A stretch of DNA of 64,000 nt from Hypanus sabinus. Lineage: Eukaryota. The notes under the pieces are model-generated. The model was not told where the DNA came from. It was given only the letters and a program-made list of their open reading frames with translations, and did not search any database. Position 1 is the first letter of the stretch. Every line of letters begins with the position of its first letter. The position numbers and the translations under genes were made by a program. Shown here piece after piece: positions 11,946 through 23,446 of the stretch. The stretch covers positions 118,544,001-118,608,000 of the forward strand of contig NC_082707.1 in the NCBI RefSeq assembly GCF_030144855.1, given 5' to 3'.

Positions 11946-12699
11946 ATGCTATTCCTTGTATGTGTTAGTTTTACAGTATATCTTACCCAAAGGCTGGCAC
12001 GGATTTTGTTTTATAAACTCCCATGGAGTGTATATTTATGTATAATATAAAGTGTTCCACAGAGCAGGGAGATTCCTGATTCAGACCTCAATATGGCCTT
12101 GCACCTTTTCTGCCTAAACTGCACTCTGTAACTCTACACTGTATTCTACATTTTGTTATTGCTTTTCCCTCAATGCACTGATATAGGAAATGTTCTGTAT
12201 GGATGGCAGCAGAACAAAGTATTTTCCTGTACCTCGGTGGATGTGACAATAATAAACAAATTTACCAATTTCTCCGGTCACACTCTGAAATAAGAAAAGG
12301 GGAAATTAATCAGACTTGTAACTGATCATCACCGACGTTCTGAATTTCTTGGACTGGAGATGGTGTGGTAAGGGAGCACTTGCCACACTTTCTCTAGTCC
12401 AAGAAGTGGATCCAATTCAACCCAATCTTTGCAGTGACATCATATTCAAATCTTAATGCCTTATAATATTGAGTAATTAAAAATAAAAATTGACAAAATT
12501 TCTTGTCCATCCCCTGAGTTCAATGTTGCCCTCAGTTGTTAAGTAATGGCAGTGGGTCACTTTGTCATCGCCAATATGTTGAAGAACATCCTGTAGGAAC
12601 ACTCTCACCGTTTATAGCAAAGGGCTCAATGGGAAGAGGTAAATCACAGTGTGCACAGTTTTCTAGGAATGCTGACACTCCATAACTGCCTCTATTGTC

Positions 12700-12900
12700 A
12701 CAATATACAAAATGTTAGATAATCTGCAGTGATGTAATTTGAGGGATAACTATGGGTTAGGACATCAAAAAAAAGTTGTGTGCTCTTTTTATATTGCATA
12801 GGAACTCCCTATTTCACTCAGAGGGAATAAGTAGGTACAGTTTAAATCTCATCTAATGGAAGAGATCTGATGGCACTGCTAAAATTGTGTCCCTATCACT
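12700..12900 (-). mobile_element. DeuSINE/SacSINE1-like remnant
   Basis: Antisense Deu-domain pieces: agataatctg..ttgagggataa..ggacatca and gtttaaatctcatc. Confidence 0.45.
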
Positions 12901-13629
12901 GGTTTGGTATTTCAACCCTAGTCTCTTGCCATTGAACTACAGGTAAAGCTGGAAAATATCTTTGCATGTTTCCAAATCAAAATGAAGTTGGTGCAAGTAT
13001 TATGTGAATTCTGTTCATTTTTTTCCCATAACAGCTTCTTGTAACCATTCCTGTAAATAATTTTGTGGTTTAACTGGACATGGGTTCTGTTTGTTTTTCA
13101 GGTGCTTTAGTCTATTGTATCTAGTGAAAAATACATCCTTGTTTGACTTCTAATACATCCGATAGGTCACGATTTATCCTTTGTCAGCCCAGCTAAACAT
13201 TCTGTTTCATGGGTCATCACACTTCTGACTGTCCTCATATCCAGTGCATTCTGTAAATTTTCTGACGTCCCAAGCTGTTATAGTGTTGCGCTAACTGTGA
13301 GACTACCGTAGCATTTAAGCTTAAATAAAAGTCCGCTCGTGTCTAATGTTATACTAAGTTCCTTTTATTCATCACCTTCTCACACAATGGCCACGTTTAA
13401 CCTCTGGACTGGCAATAACTTGGATTTAAAATCCTTCACATTGTTTTCAAATCTTTCCGTGGCCTCTTTAATCTTCTTCAGCTTGACATTCCTCCACAAA
13501 TTCTGCCCTTGTATCATTGTTGGTTTAATCATCCTACAGTTCTGTTCAGCTGTCCAGGACCTTACTCAGAATCATGTTTCATGTCACTGGCATATGTTGT
13601 TAAATCTGTTAACTTTGCGGCAATTCATG

Positions 13630-14995
13630 ACAAATAGAAAAAAAACCTGAATTACAGTAAGTATATTTATGTGTATTAAATAATTTAATTCAAATAAGTA
13701 GTGCTAAAACAGAAATAAATTGAAAATCATAATGAAGTAGTGTTCATGGGTTCAATGTCCATTTAAAAATCAGATGAAAAGGGGAAGAAGCTGTTCCTGA
13801 ATCTCTGAGTGTGTGCCTTCAGGTTTCTGTACTGCCTTCTTTATGGTAACAAGTGGGCATGTCCTGGGTGGTAGAGGTCCTTAATGATGGGCACTGCCTT
13901 CCTGAGGTACTGCTCCTTGAAGATGTCATGGAAACTACGGGGGTAAGTACCCATGATGGAGCTGACTAATTTTGCAATTTATTGCAACTTTGATCCTGTG
14001 TGATAGCCTTCCCCCTTTGCCAGATGGTGAAATAGCCAGTCGGAATGCTCTCCGCGGTTAATCTGTAGAAGTTTTCGAGTGTTTTAGGTGACAAACCAAA
14101 TCTCTTCAAACTCCTAATGAAATATAGCTGGTCTTGCCTTCTTTATTGCTGCTTCAATATGTTGCATCCAGGTTAGGTCCTCAGAGATATTGACACCAGG
14201 AACTTGAAATTGCTCACTCTCTCCACTTCTGATCCCTCTATCTGGATTAGTGTGTGTTCCCTCATCTTACCCTTCCTGAAGTCCACAATCAGCTCTTTGG
14301 TTTTACGAATGTTGAGTGCAAGGTTGTTACTAGGACCCCACTCAATTAGCTGGTATATCTTGCTCCAGTACACCCTCTCGTCACCATCTATGATGCTGCC
14401 AGCAATGGTTGTATTATGAGCAAATTTATAGATGGCATTTGAGCTCTACCTAGCCGCACAGACAGTCATGGGTGTAGAGAGAGTAGAGTAGTGGGTTAAG
14501 CATACATTCCAGTGGTGCTCCTGTGTTGATTGTCAGTGAGGTGGAGATTTTTTTTACAATCTGCACAGATTGTGGTCTTCTGGTTAGGTAGTCGAGGATC
14601 CAGTTGCAGAGGCCCAGGTTCTGTAGCTTTTCGATCAGGACTGTAGAAATGGTGGTGTTGAATGCTGAACTATAGTCAATGAACAGCATACTGACATAGG
14701 TCTCTGTATTGTCCAGGTGATCAAAGGGAAGCCATTGAGGTTGCATTTGCCATAGACGTATTGTGATGCTTGAGAAATTGCAGTGGGTCCAGGTACTTAC
14801 TGAGACGGGAGTTGATTCTATCCTCTCAAAGCATTTCATCACTACAGATGAGAGTGCTACTGGACAATAGTTGTTAGGCAGCTCATGATGTTCTTCATGG
14901 GCACTGGTATAACTGTTGCCCTTTTGAGGCAGGTGGGAACTTCTGACCAGAGCAATGAGAGATTGAAAATGTCTTTGAATACTCCTGCCAGTGGA
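13630..14995 (-). pseudogene. Rex1/Babar LINE (RT, C-terminus, 3' UTR)
   Basis: ORF 14450-15034(-) [76 protein letters not shown]; ORF 14173-14373 NNLALNIRKTKELIVDFRK. Confidence 0.9.
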
Positions 14996-15408
14996 AAAAT
15001 GCTGTGGAATTTTGCCCCTATGATCTCTCCACACATCCCACCTCTCTTCTTTTATTTAGTATTTAGATGATTTGCACATCACTGGAAAGATTAATTTTTT
15101 GTAATCCATTCCTTTGAACCTGAGTCTTGTTTGAAGACTATGGAGGTTAACTTATAGTCATTGATGTCAGGGTTCAGATTCATGTACAGGTCAGACCAGG
15201 TAAGGATTGGGAGTTTCCTTGCCTTTAGTGAAGCAGGCGGGCTCTCACAGCACCTAGTAGCTTCATGTTCACTTCTACGGACACTAGCATTTTATTCCAT
15301 ATTAATTTCATAACTTTGAGTTTAAAGTTCATAGATGCCAAGGTAGGTTTTGCTCTGGCCCCTCTTGCTTCTAGCCTCCCAATCTGCACCACACCTGCTC
15401 TATTTCCT

Positions 15409-15845
15409 TTAGATAGATAGATACTTTATTCATCCCCAAGGGGAAATTCAACATTTTTCCAGTGTCCCATACACTTATTGTAGCAAAACTAATTACATAC
15501 AGTATTTAACTCAGTATAAATATATGTATCTAAAATCACCCTCCCAAAAAGCATTAATAAATAGCTTTTAAAAAGTTCTTAAATAGTTTACTAAAGTGCA
15601 TTGAGTGGTAACTTAAGCTCAGTCCTAACCCCGGCACTTTAACATGTCTTGCCCCTGGCGGTTGAATTGTAGAGCCGAATGGCGTTGGGGAGTAATGATC
15701 TCTTCATCCTGTCTGAGGAGCATTGCATTGACAGCAACCTGCCGCTGAAGCTGCTTCTCTGTCTCTGGATGGTGCTGTGCAGAGGATGTTCAGGGTTTTC
15801 CATGGTTGACCGTAGCCTACTCAGCGCCCTCCGCTCTGCCTCCGC
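15409..15845 (-). mobile_element. Young Rex1-type LINE 3' end with (CTAT)n tail
   Basis: The minus strand encodes an open AERRALSRLRSTMENPEHPLHSTIQRQRSSFSGRLLSMQCSSDRMKRSLLPNAIRLYNS and ends ccccttggggatgaataaagtatctatctatcta. CpGs are retained. Confidence 0.85.
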
Positions 15846-16269
15846 TTACCACACTCTTCTGTCTGGATCTATTCTGAGAGGTGGGGTAATGCTGCCCATG
15901 TTGGCTGCAGTTTACTGTACTGCATGTGGCTGACTCCAGACATGTGAGTTCGACATCTAGTCTGACGTTTCAGTAAAGTACTAAAGGTGTGCTATGCCTT
16001 GTTACCAAATAGACCTTCATAATCAAAATGCAAATTTACTGAGCCAGCCCATTTGTTTGGATGCTATTCATAGCTGCCCAGTTAAACAGCCTCATTCACA
16101 GGTAGTGGTGGGTCACCTCTTCCCAGAGGGTAATTTTTCTCTTGGGAGAGTTGAGGAAAATATAAATAGCATCAGCTGAACAGCTTAAATTTGTACAGGC
16201 ACAGAACACAAAACTATTATTTCTGATTTGGATCTCACTCGTAAATTTAAAATATTTGAATATACAGTA

Positions 16270-16660
16270 TGAGAACAAGGAGTGATCTTATAAACATGCA
16301 TAAAATCATCAGGGGCATGGATAGGGGGAATGTGCAGTCCTTTTCTCAGGTTGGGGAAATAAAGAACAAAAAGGCATAGGTTTAAGGTGAGAAGGGAGAG
16401 ACTTAAAAGGAACCTGGGGGGGGGGGGGCAACATTTTCACACACAAGAATGGTCTGTATGCAGAACGAGCTGCCAGAAGAAGTGGTAGAGGCAGGTACAC
16501 TAACGACATTTTAAAAAGTACTTGGGCTGCTACAAGTTTAGGGAAGGTTGAGAGAAACATATAAACTAAATGCAGGCAAATTGGACTAGCTTAGATGGAC
16601 TCCTTGGTCAACATGGACTAGTTGGGACCAAGGGCCTGTTTCTGTCCTCTACTTGTCTGT
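16270..16660 (+). mobile_element. CR1 (HER1-like) 3' end
   Basis: ggcataggtttaaggtgagagg.., ttttcacaca.., tail gttgggaccaagggcctgtttctgt. Confidence 0.75.
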
Positions 16661-17269
16661 ATTCTCACTGAAACCACAGTCGTTCCTCTGCCTGCCTCAC
16701 TGACTGATTCCCTATATAGCAAAGGTTCAAATTAAATCCTTGTTTTCAAATACTGTGTTAGTTTTCCTTCAAAGCTTTTCTCCATTCTGTTTTACTAAGT
16801 GTTTTGTAATATCTTACACAGTTAATGTTAGTGTATAAGTGCAAATTGTTTAAATAATTAAAATTCAGGCCTTTGGGGACCTTAAACTTTGAAATGTTCT
16901 GGCTGAGAAGGTACTCACCAGGGATCAGAGCTGATAATTCAAAACCAAGGCTAGAAGTTAGAGTAGTTCAGTTTTCAATTAGCAACAGTTATTTATTAAA
17001 TGCAGATCTGATATGTTATTTTCACATAATCATTGGTGCACTACACAGAGGCAAATTGATTGCTTTTTTTGCAGGTTGAAGGCTTTTTTCCCACATCTGG
17101 AATTTAATTCTGTGCACCACTGTCACGTGAGCCTGTGCTGCTGGTTTCAAGCATCTGGGCAGAGGCATATGATGATAATTCCTGTTATGTATCTAATGCT
17201 TCTGGGATCCTTATTCATGATGTCTGATTCCCCTTTGATCTGCCTAACTTCAACTTACTGATGTCGTAG

Positions 17270-17690
17270 CATTATTCAGCAAGGAAACAGGCCAGTTGGC
17301 CCAACTCATCCATGCCTGACAAAGAGTATCCTTCAGTGTTAATTCTGTCTTCCAGCATTTGGTTCATGACCTCTATTCCTGGGCTATTCAGTTGCTCATC
17401 TAGATACTTATTAAACCACCTGTCTATAAGCCAGCTTCAACCACTCTCTTGGGCAGTGCATTCCAGAGACTTATCAGTCTCTCGGTGAAGGAAGTCCCCT
17501 TATATCTCCTTTGTATCTCTTCCCTCTTACCTTAACTCAATGTCCTCTAGTTTTATCTTCATCTAATAATGGGGGATTTTTTCCTGTAGTCTACGCTATC
17601 TCTGCCCTTCATTTTATTTCTTGCAGCATGATTCTTATTCTCTTTTGCCCCAGAGAGAACAGATCCAGCTGCTCGTCTCTCCTCATAGAT
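17270..17690 (-). mobile_element. CR1 3' end
   Basis: Antisense tail ggaaacaggcc..ggcccaactcatccatgc followed by CR1 C-terminal antisense sequence. Confidence 0.65.
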
Positions 17691-18003
17691 CTGTTCACCA
17701 AGATAACATGTAGAATTTGGCCCATCAGCATCTACCCTGTTGAAATGAATTCTGTCTGATCTGCATTCCTCAACCTAATCATGATTGCATGTTGATGCTT
17801 AACAAAATGAATCCAATTTCTACTTAAGTTACAGTTAAATTAGTTTTCATTTAAATCCCCAACTCAATTTCATCTTGGGGCGAAACCATGGAGTCATAGA
17901 GAATGGAAACTGGTCCTTTAACCCCCAGAGTCTGTGCTAACTACGAGTCACTCATTTACAATAATCTTGAGCTAATCCCATTTTATTTTCTCCACATTCT
18001 CAG

Positions 18004-18256
18004 GTGCTGGCATGGTAGTGTCATGATTAGAGTAATGTTATTACAGTGCCAGTGATCTGCGTTCTATTCCGCTGCTTTAAGGAGCTTGTACATTCTCCTC
18101 ATGAGCACTTGGGTTTCCCGTGGATTCTCTGGTTTCCTTTCATAGTCCAAAAATGTACTGATTAGTTGTTTAGTTAGTTACATGGGTGCAATTAGGCAAC
18201 GGGGCTAGTTGGGCTGAAGGGGCCTGTTACTGTGCTGTATATTGAAATAAATAAAT
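18004..18256 (+). mobile_element. tRNA-derived V-SINE (HE1-like)
   Basis: tRNA-like head, V-domain (ggagcttgtacattctcc..gggtttcc..tctggtttcc..tccaaa), CR1-derived tail gggcctgttactgtgctgtat and aaataaataaa. Confidence 0.8.
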
Positions 18257-18289
18257 TCATTAAATAAATTCTAATCAACAACCCAATTT

Positions 18290-18465
18290 CCCCACCCCTC
18301 AGGTTCTACTACTCCCCTACACACTAGCTGCAATTTGCAGAAGCCAATTAATGTTATCACCCACATGCCTTTGGAATGTGGGAGGAAAACAAAGAACTCA
18401 GAAGAAGCCCACATGGTCATGGGGTGGGCATGTGTGTGTGTTCTGTCTCACACAGAGAGCACCTG
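18290..18465 (-). mobile_element. V-SINE fragment
   Basis: ctttggaatgtgggaggaaaac..cccacatggtcatgggg is antisense V-domain. Confidence 0.7.
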
Positions 18466-19414
18466 AATCCCGCAACTTATTTATAAATTCTTTAAATCAC
18501 CTTGAAGTTTGAGGTATTCTTTAAATGAGGCAGCAAAGAGTATAACAGTAGAGAAGTAGTTTGAGACACTTTATTTTAAGAATTGTATTTCTCAGGTTTG
18601 TCTGGAGTTTATAGTGTTGCCAAAAGATTTGCACTGTGCCACCCCATCCTCCCGGAATAAGACAAATACATCTTTGAGACTATGTTCTGAGCCATTGAAG
18701 TCATAGCCCTTTTAAAAATAAAACTTTGAAATAAATAAGAGGTGTGAGATAGCCCCAGATAATTTGGTTTATTTACAATTTGTTCTGCTGTTCTCTCCTG
18801 AAGGTGGTGACTCTACATTTTAATCAAAGGCCTGATAGGATATCTAACATTGAGAAGGCAATTGTGTAACTCCTTTCATCAGAGAGAGGATGGGGTGAGA
18901 GATTACTGGGAGAGAGGCAGTTAAACTGGCATCATAAATGCCTTCCGTAACATTGAAGCATGCAGCACCCTTAAAGTACAGCAGTATCTTCCTACTGAAT
19001 TAGAGTTTCCTTACTTATTCTCAGTTAATGTCTCTGACTAGGATACTGTTTTACATAATCCCCAAATACCTCTGGACTGAAAGTCTTGCTCAGTCACTTC
19101 TGTGGGTAGCTAAGTCAACCACAGCAGTGGAGCTGGAGTTACGTATGGGTCAGATTCAGCACGGACAGTGTATTCTTTTTTTGACAGAACATTAACCTGC
19201 ATTGCATACTCATGTCCTGCAGTGGGCTTTAAAGCCACGGCCTTCTATTTCCAAGGAGAATGCTATTACTGTGCCAAGCCACATGAACCACAATGCAAGA
19301 ACATATTGGATAGAGTAATTAGTGACTAGAGAAGCTGAAGAGGCTGAGAGACTTTCCGGTGGAACTTCCAGCCAGTTAAAACTCTGGTTTGGCACAAACT
19401 GGAGAATTCAGATG

Positions 19415-19660
19415 TGGCTCAGTGACTCACATCTGAGTCAAGTTTATGGGTTCAAGACCATCTCATGAGGCTTAAGCACATAATCTAAGTGAATGGTTCA
19501 GTGCTGAGCATGCCATTGATGTTTTCAGGAACTTGTGTATACAGTCGACTGTTGTGTTACCTGCAATAGCATTACTAGTGGGATTTAAGTAACTATGTTC
19601 TTCATTTTGAAACAAACTGAGTTTGTGAAAGCCACTATATGAAATATTTTTCTTCTTCTA
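19415..19660 (+). mobile_element. DeuSINE/SacSINE1-like element, internally deleted
   Basis: Head gtggctcagtg..tctgagtca..gggttcaag and tail gtgaaagccactatatgaaat. Confidence 0.5.
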
Positions 19661-20164
19661 TTGAGTAATTCATAGTGGTGAGTGTATGGCATTGATTGCC
19701 AGCTCCTTGTGCACTGAGTTATGCTTCAGTCATTTCAAATTGAGTACTTTGAAGTGCAGATCTGTTTTCTGCTGGCATAATTCATATTTTCCATTGATGG
19801 TGCCAACCTTCCCCTGTGGTCTATCATAAGCTTAGCGTGTTTGGTTAACACAGAATAGTGAATAGCACAAGTGTTGATATTAGTTCCTCTTCCATTAACT
19901 GACTCAAAACAAGATTGTCACTCACCCCTAACCTACCTTACCATTATCGGTATGAAACCTCTGCTGTACTGTTGGTGACTGGTTCTGCAAGGTGTTTGTT
20001 CTCCACTACAAGGCACAGTGACCAATTAGCTGGCAGAGAAGGATAGCAGTAATACATTGTGTTTGATCTTTCCAGAGTCACATGTCTGACTGCAGGGCAT
20101 TCCAGGATGACTTAAACCCAATTAACAATTTTGAAGTATGATCATCAAGTATAATGCAGAAAAT

Positions 20165-20775
20165 GTGGATTTCAGTTGTAGGAGAGTCTCAGACAAAGGG
20201 ACATAGTTATGAGATAAAGTTTGACCATATTGAACTGAAGTCTGAAAATTTCTTCTGGCAGACAGCAGTGAATCTCTGGAAGTCCACCCCTGAAAGGCTA
20301 CAGAGACCAAGTCATTAGAAATATTTAAGATGAAGTTAAGTAAATATTTGAAAGATCAAGGAATTGAAGACTAGTGGGAGCAGGCACAGTAGAGTGTTTG
20401 GTCACCAGCAGTGATCAGCCACAGAGCATTGCACATCACAGCAGTTGAATCACTCAAACTGGTAATTAAATACCCAGCTAAACTAATTCCTTCTGCTGAC
20501 ATAATGTTCACATCTCTCCATTCCCTGCAAGTTTGTGTGCTTATTTAAGAACCTATTAAACACTTTGTTGTATATGCTCCCACTGCCACACCTGACTGCC
20601 CATTCCAGGCAATCTCTGCTTTGTGTAATAAAAAATTGCTCTGCATATCTTCTTTGCACTTGCCCTTCTCACCCTGTGCAAGCCCACTTGAATCAGGCAT
20701 CTCTATTATGTGTTTATCTATGCCTCTGATAATCTTTTAAACTTTCATCGTGTCTCCCCTCAGTCTCAGCTGAGA
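20165..20775. mobile_element. Two degenerate CR1 3' fragments, tail-to-tail (+ then -)
   Basis: ggagagtctcagacaaagggacatag.. on +; antisense gctaaactaattcc..ataatcttttaaac.. on -. Confidence 0.55.
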
Positions 20776-21094
20776 TGTGGAAGTCACAGAGTGCAGCATT
20801 GGTACTATTGTATCTATGATAGTACCTGGAAAGAATTGTCCGTCCATGTCACAAATCTTTAGAGGTATTCAACTATTTTTTTTACCAAGTTATTATTTAA
20901 CTTCCTTCTGCACATTTGAAATTGGCATGTGTGCAACTGATTTGGTATTGGAAATGGTTTCACGTTTTGTTCTGTCTAAACACTGCATATATTTTTTTAT
21001 ATCCATTAAAGTTCCCCTTAAATTTCCCTCAGCTAGCTACAGGTTCTGAGGGCATGCAGTCTTAACCCAAACATAGACAAAAGAGTTGAATTCT

Positions 21095-21648
21095 CATACA
21101 CAAGAGAAAATCTGCAGACACTGGAAATTCAAGTAACACATGCAAAATGCTGGAAGAATTCAGCAGGTCAGGCAACATCTATGGAAAAAAATCCTGTTGA
21201 TATTTCGTGCTGAGACCCTTAGGCAGTACTAGAGAAAAAAAGTTGAGGAGCAGACAAAAGATGGGTGAGAGGAGAGAGAAGCACAAGGTGACAGGTGAAG
21301 GGAGGGGGAAGGATGAAGTAAAGAGCTGGAAAGGATTGGCAAAAGAGATACAGGGCAGGAAAAGGGGAGTCCTATAGGAGAGGACAGAAGGGCATGGAAG
21401 AAAGAAAGGGGTGCAGGCAAGGAGATAAAATGAGAGAAGGAAAAGGGAAATGGTGGACATTATCAGAAGTTGGAGAAATCAACAATCATGCCATCAAGTT
21501 GGAGGCTACCCAGCTGGAATATAAGGTGTTGCTCTTCCAACCTGAGTGTGGCTTCATTGCGACAGTAGAGGAGGCCATGGATTGACATAATGCAATGGGA
21601 ATGGGAAGTGGAATTAAAATGGGTGGCCATTGGGAGATCCTGCTTTGA
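21095..21648 (-). mobile_element. Inverted PLE 3' segment (GIY-YIG C-terminus, 3' repeat and HHR motif)
   Basis: The reverse complement encodes DLPMATHFNSTSHSH..SIHGLLYCRNEATLRLEEQHLIFQLGSLQLDGMIVDFSNF*, followed by the tail with an HHR remnant at 21194-21230. Confidence 0.9.
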
Positions 21649-21689
21649 GATATGCAGATACGAATTCAGTGGGGCAGGACAGACAGGAT

Positions 21690-23445
21690 CCCACTAAGGA
21701 GCACCAGGTCATTGTCTCCCACACCATCACTGAGCTTTTTAGCTCAGGGGGTCTCCCATCCTCTGCCACCAACCTCATAGTTCCCGCACCCTGTACCTCC
21801 CATTTCTAACTCCTACCCAAGATCCACAAACCCGATTGTCCAGGTAGACCCATTGTTTCAGCTTGTTTCTGCCCCACTGAACTCATAACTGTGTACCTCA
21901 ACTCTGTTTTATCCCACCTAGTTCAGTCCCTTCTACATCCTACATCCATGACACTTCACATGCTCTGGATCTTTTCAATAATTTCATGTTCCCTGGTCCC
22001 CATCATCTTTTTTTCACAATGGCTGTCTAGTCCCTATACACCTCTATCCCCCACCAGGAAGGCCTCAAAGCTCTCTGTTTCATTCTGGACACCAGACTCA
22101 ACCAGTTCTCTTCCACCACCACTCTCTCCGTCTAGCAGAATTTGTCCTCACTCTTAATAATTTCTCCTTTTGGTCCTCCCACTTGCGTCAAACAGAAGAT
22201 GTAGCCATGGGCACTCGCAGAGGTCCCAGCTATGTCTGCTTTTTTTTCCAGCTACATGGGCCAGTCTATGTTCCAAGCCTACATCAGTGTCACTCCCCCA
22301 CTTTTCCTTCACTACATGATGACTGCATTGGTGCTGCTTCCTAAACTGATGTGGAGCTCGTTGACTTAATCAACTTTGCTTACAACTTCCACCCTGCCTT
22401 CAAATTTACCTGGCCTATTTCTGACACCTCTCTTCCCCTTTCTCGATCTTTCTGTCTGTATCTCTGGGGATAGCTTAACTACTGATGTCTATTATGAACC
22501 CACAAACTCTCACAGCTATTTGTACTATACCTCTTCCCACCCTGTTACCTGTAAAAATGCCATACCCTTCCCTCAAACTTATCAGTCTCCATCGCATCTG
22601 CTTTCAATGTGAAGCTTTTCAATCTAGAACATGTCTTTCTTTTTCAAAAAAAAGGGCTTCCCTTCCTGCACCATCAATCCATTTTATGCACATCTGCTCT
22701 TATCCTATCCTCCTGCCACCCTATCAGAGATGAGGTTCCTCTTGTCCTCACCTACCATCCCATCAGCTCTGCATCCAGCACATAATTCTCTGTAACTTCC
22801 ATCATCCACCATCTCCAGTGGGATCTCACCACCAAGCACATTTTCCCTCTTCCCTCCCCCACCTCCCCACTTTCTGCTTCCGGCAGGGATCTCTCCCTAC
22901 GCAACTCCCTTGTCCATTCACCCCTCCCCACTGATAACCCTTCTGGCACCTATCCTTGCAAGAGGAATAAGTGCTATACCTGCCCCTACACCTCATCCTT
23001 CACTACCATTCAGGGCCCCAAACAGTCCTTCCAGGTGAGGCAACACTTTTCTTGTGAGCTTGTTGGGGTCATACACTATGTCCGCTGCTCCTGGTGTGGC
23101 CTCTTGTATATTAGTGAGATCCAACGTAGATTGGGAGACCGCTTCACCAAGCATCTACGCTCCATCTGCCAGAACAAGCAAGATCTGCTAGTGGCCACCA
23201 ATTTTAATTCCACTTCCAATTTCCATTCAGATATGTCAATCCATGGCCTCTACTGTCGAGATGAGGCCACACTCTGGTTGGAGGAACAGTGCCTTATATT
23301 CCGTCTGGGTAACCTCCAACCTGATGGTATAAACATCAATTTCTTGAACTTCCAGTAATGCTTCCCCCACCCCTTTTTCCTCTCTCACCCTATCTCCTTG
23401 CCTGTCCAACACTTTCTTCTGGTGCTCCTCCCCACTTTTCTTTCT
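21690..23445 (+). pseudogene. Penelope-like (Neptune-type) RT + GIY-YIG endonuclease, degenerate
   Basis: LLPKIHKPDCPGRPIVSAC..PTEL; SLYTSIPHQEGL; LTLNNFSF; VAMGT..GPSY; PFLDLSV..SLTTDVYYEPTNSHSYL; C-x4-C-x2-C linker; GVIHYVRCSWCGLLYISEIQRRLGDRFTKH. Confidence 0.92.
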
Positions 23446-23446
23446 C

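Noticed and set aside
16415-16429. Poly-G runs (also about 28427-28445) and (GA)n at 51502-51529 as functional elements
   Set aside because: Simple homopolymer or microsatellite expansions, mostly within TE remnants.
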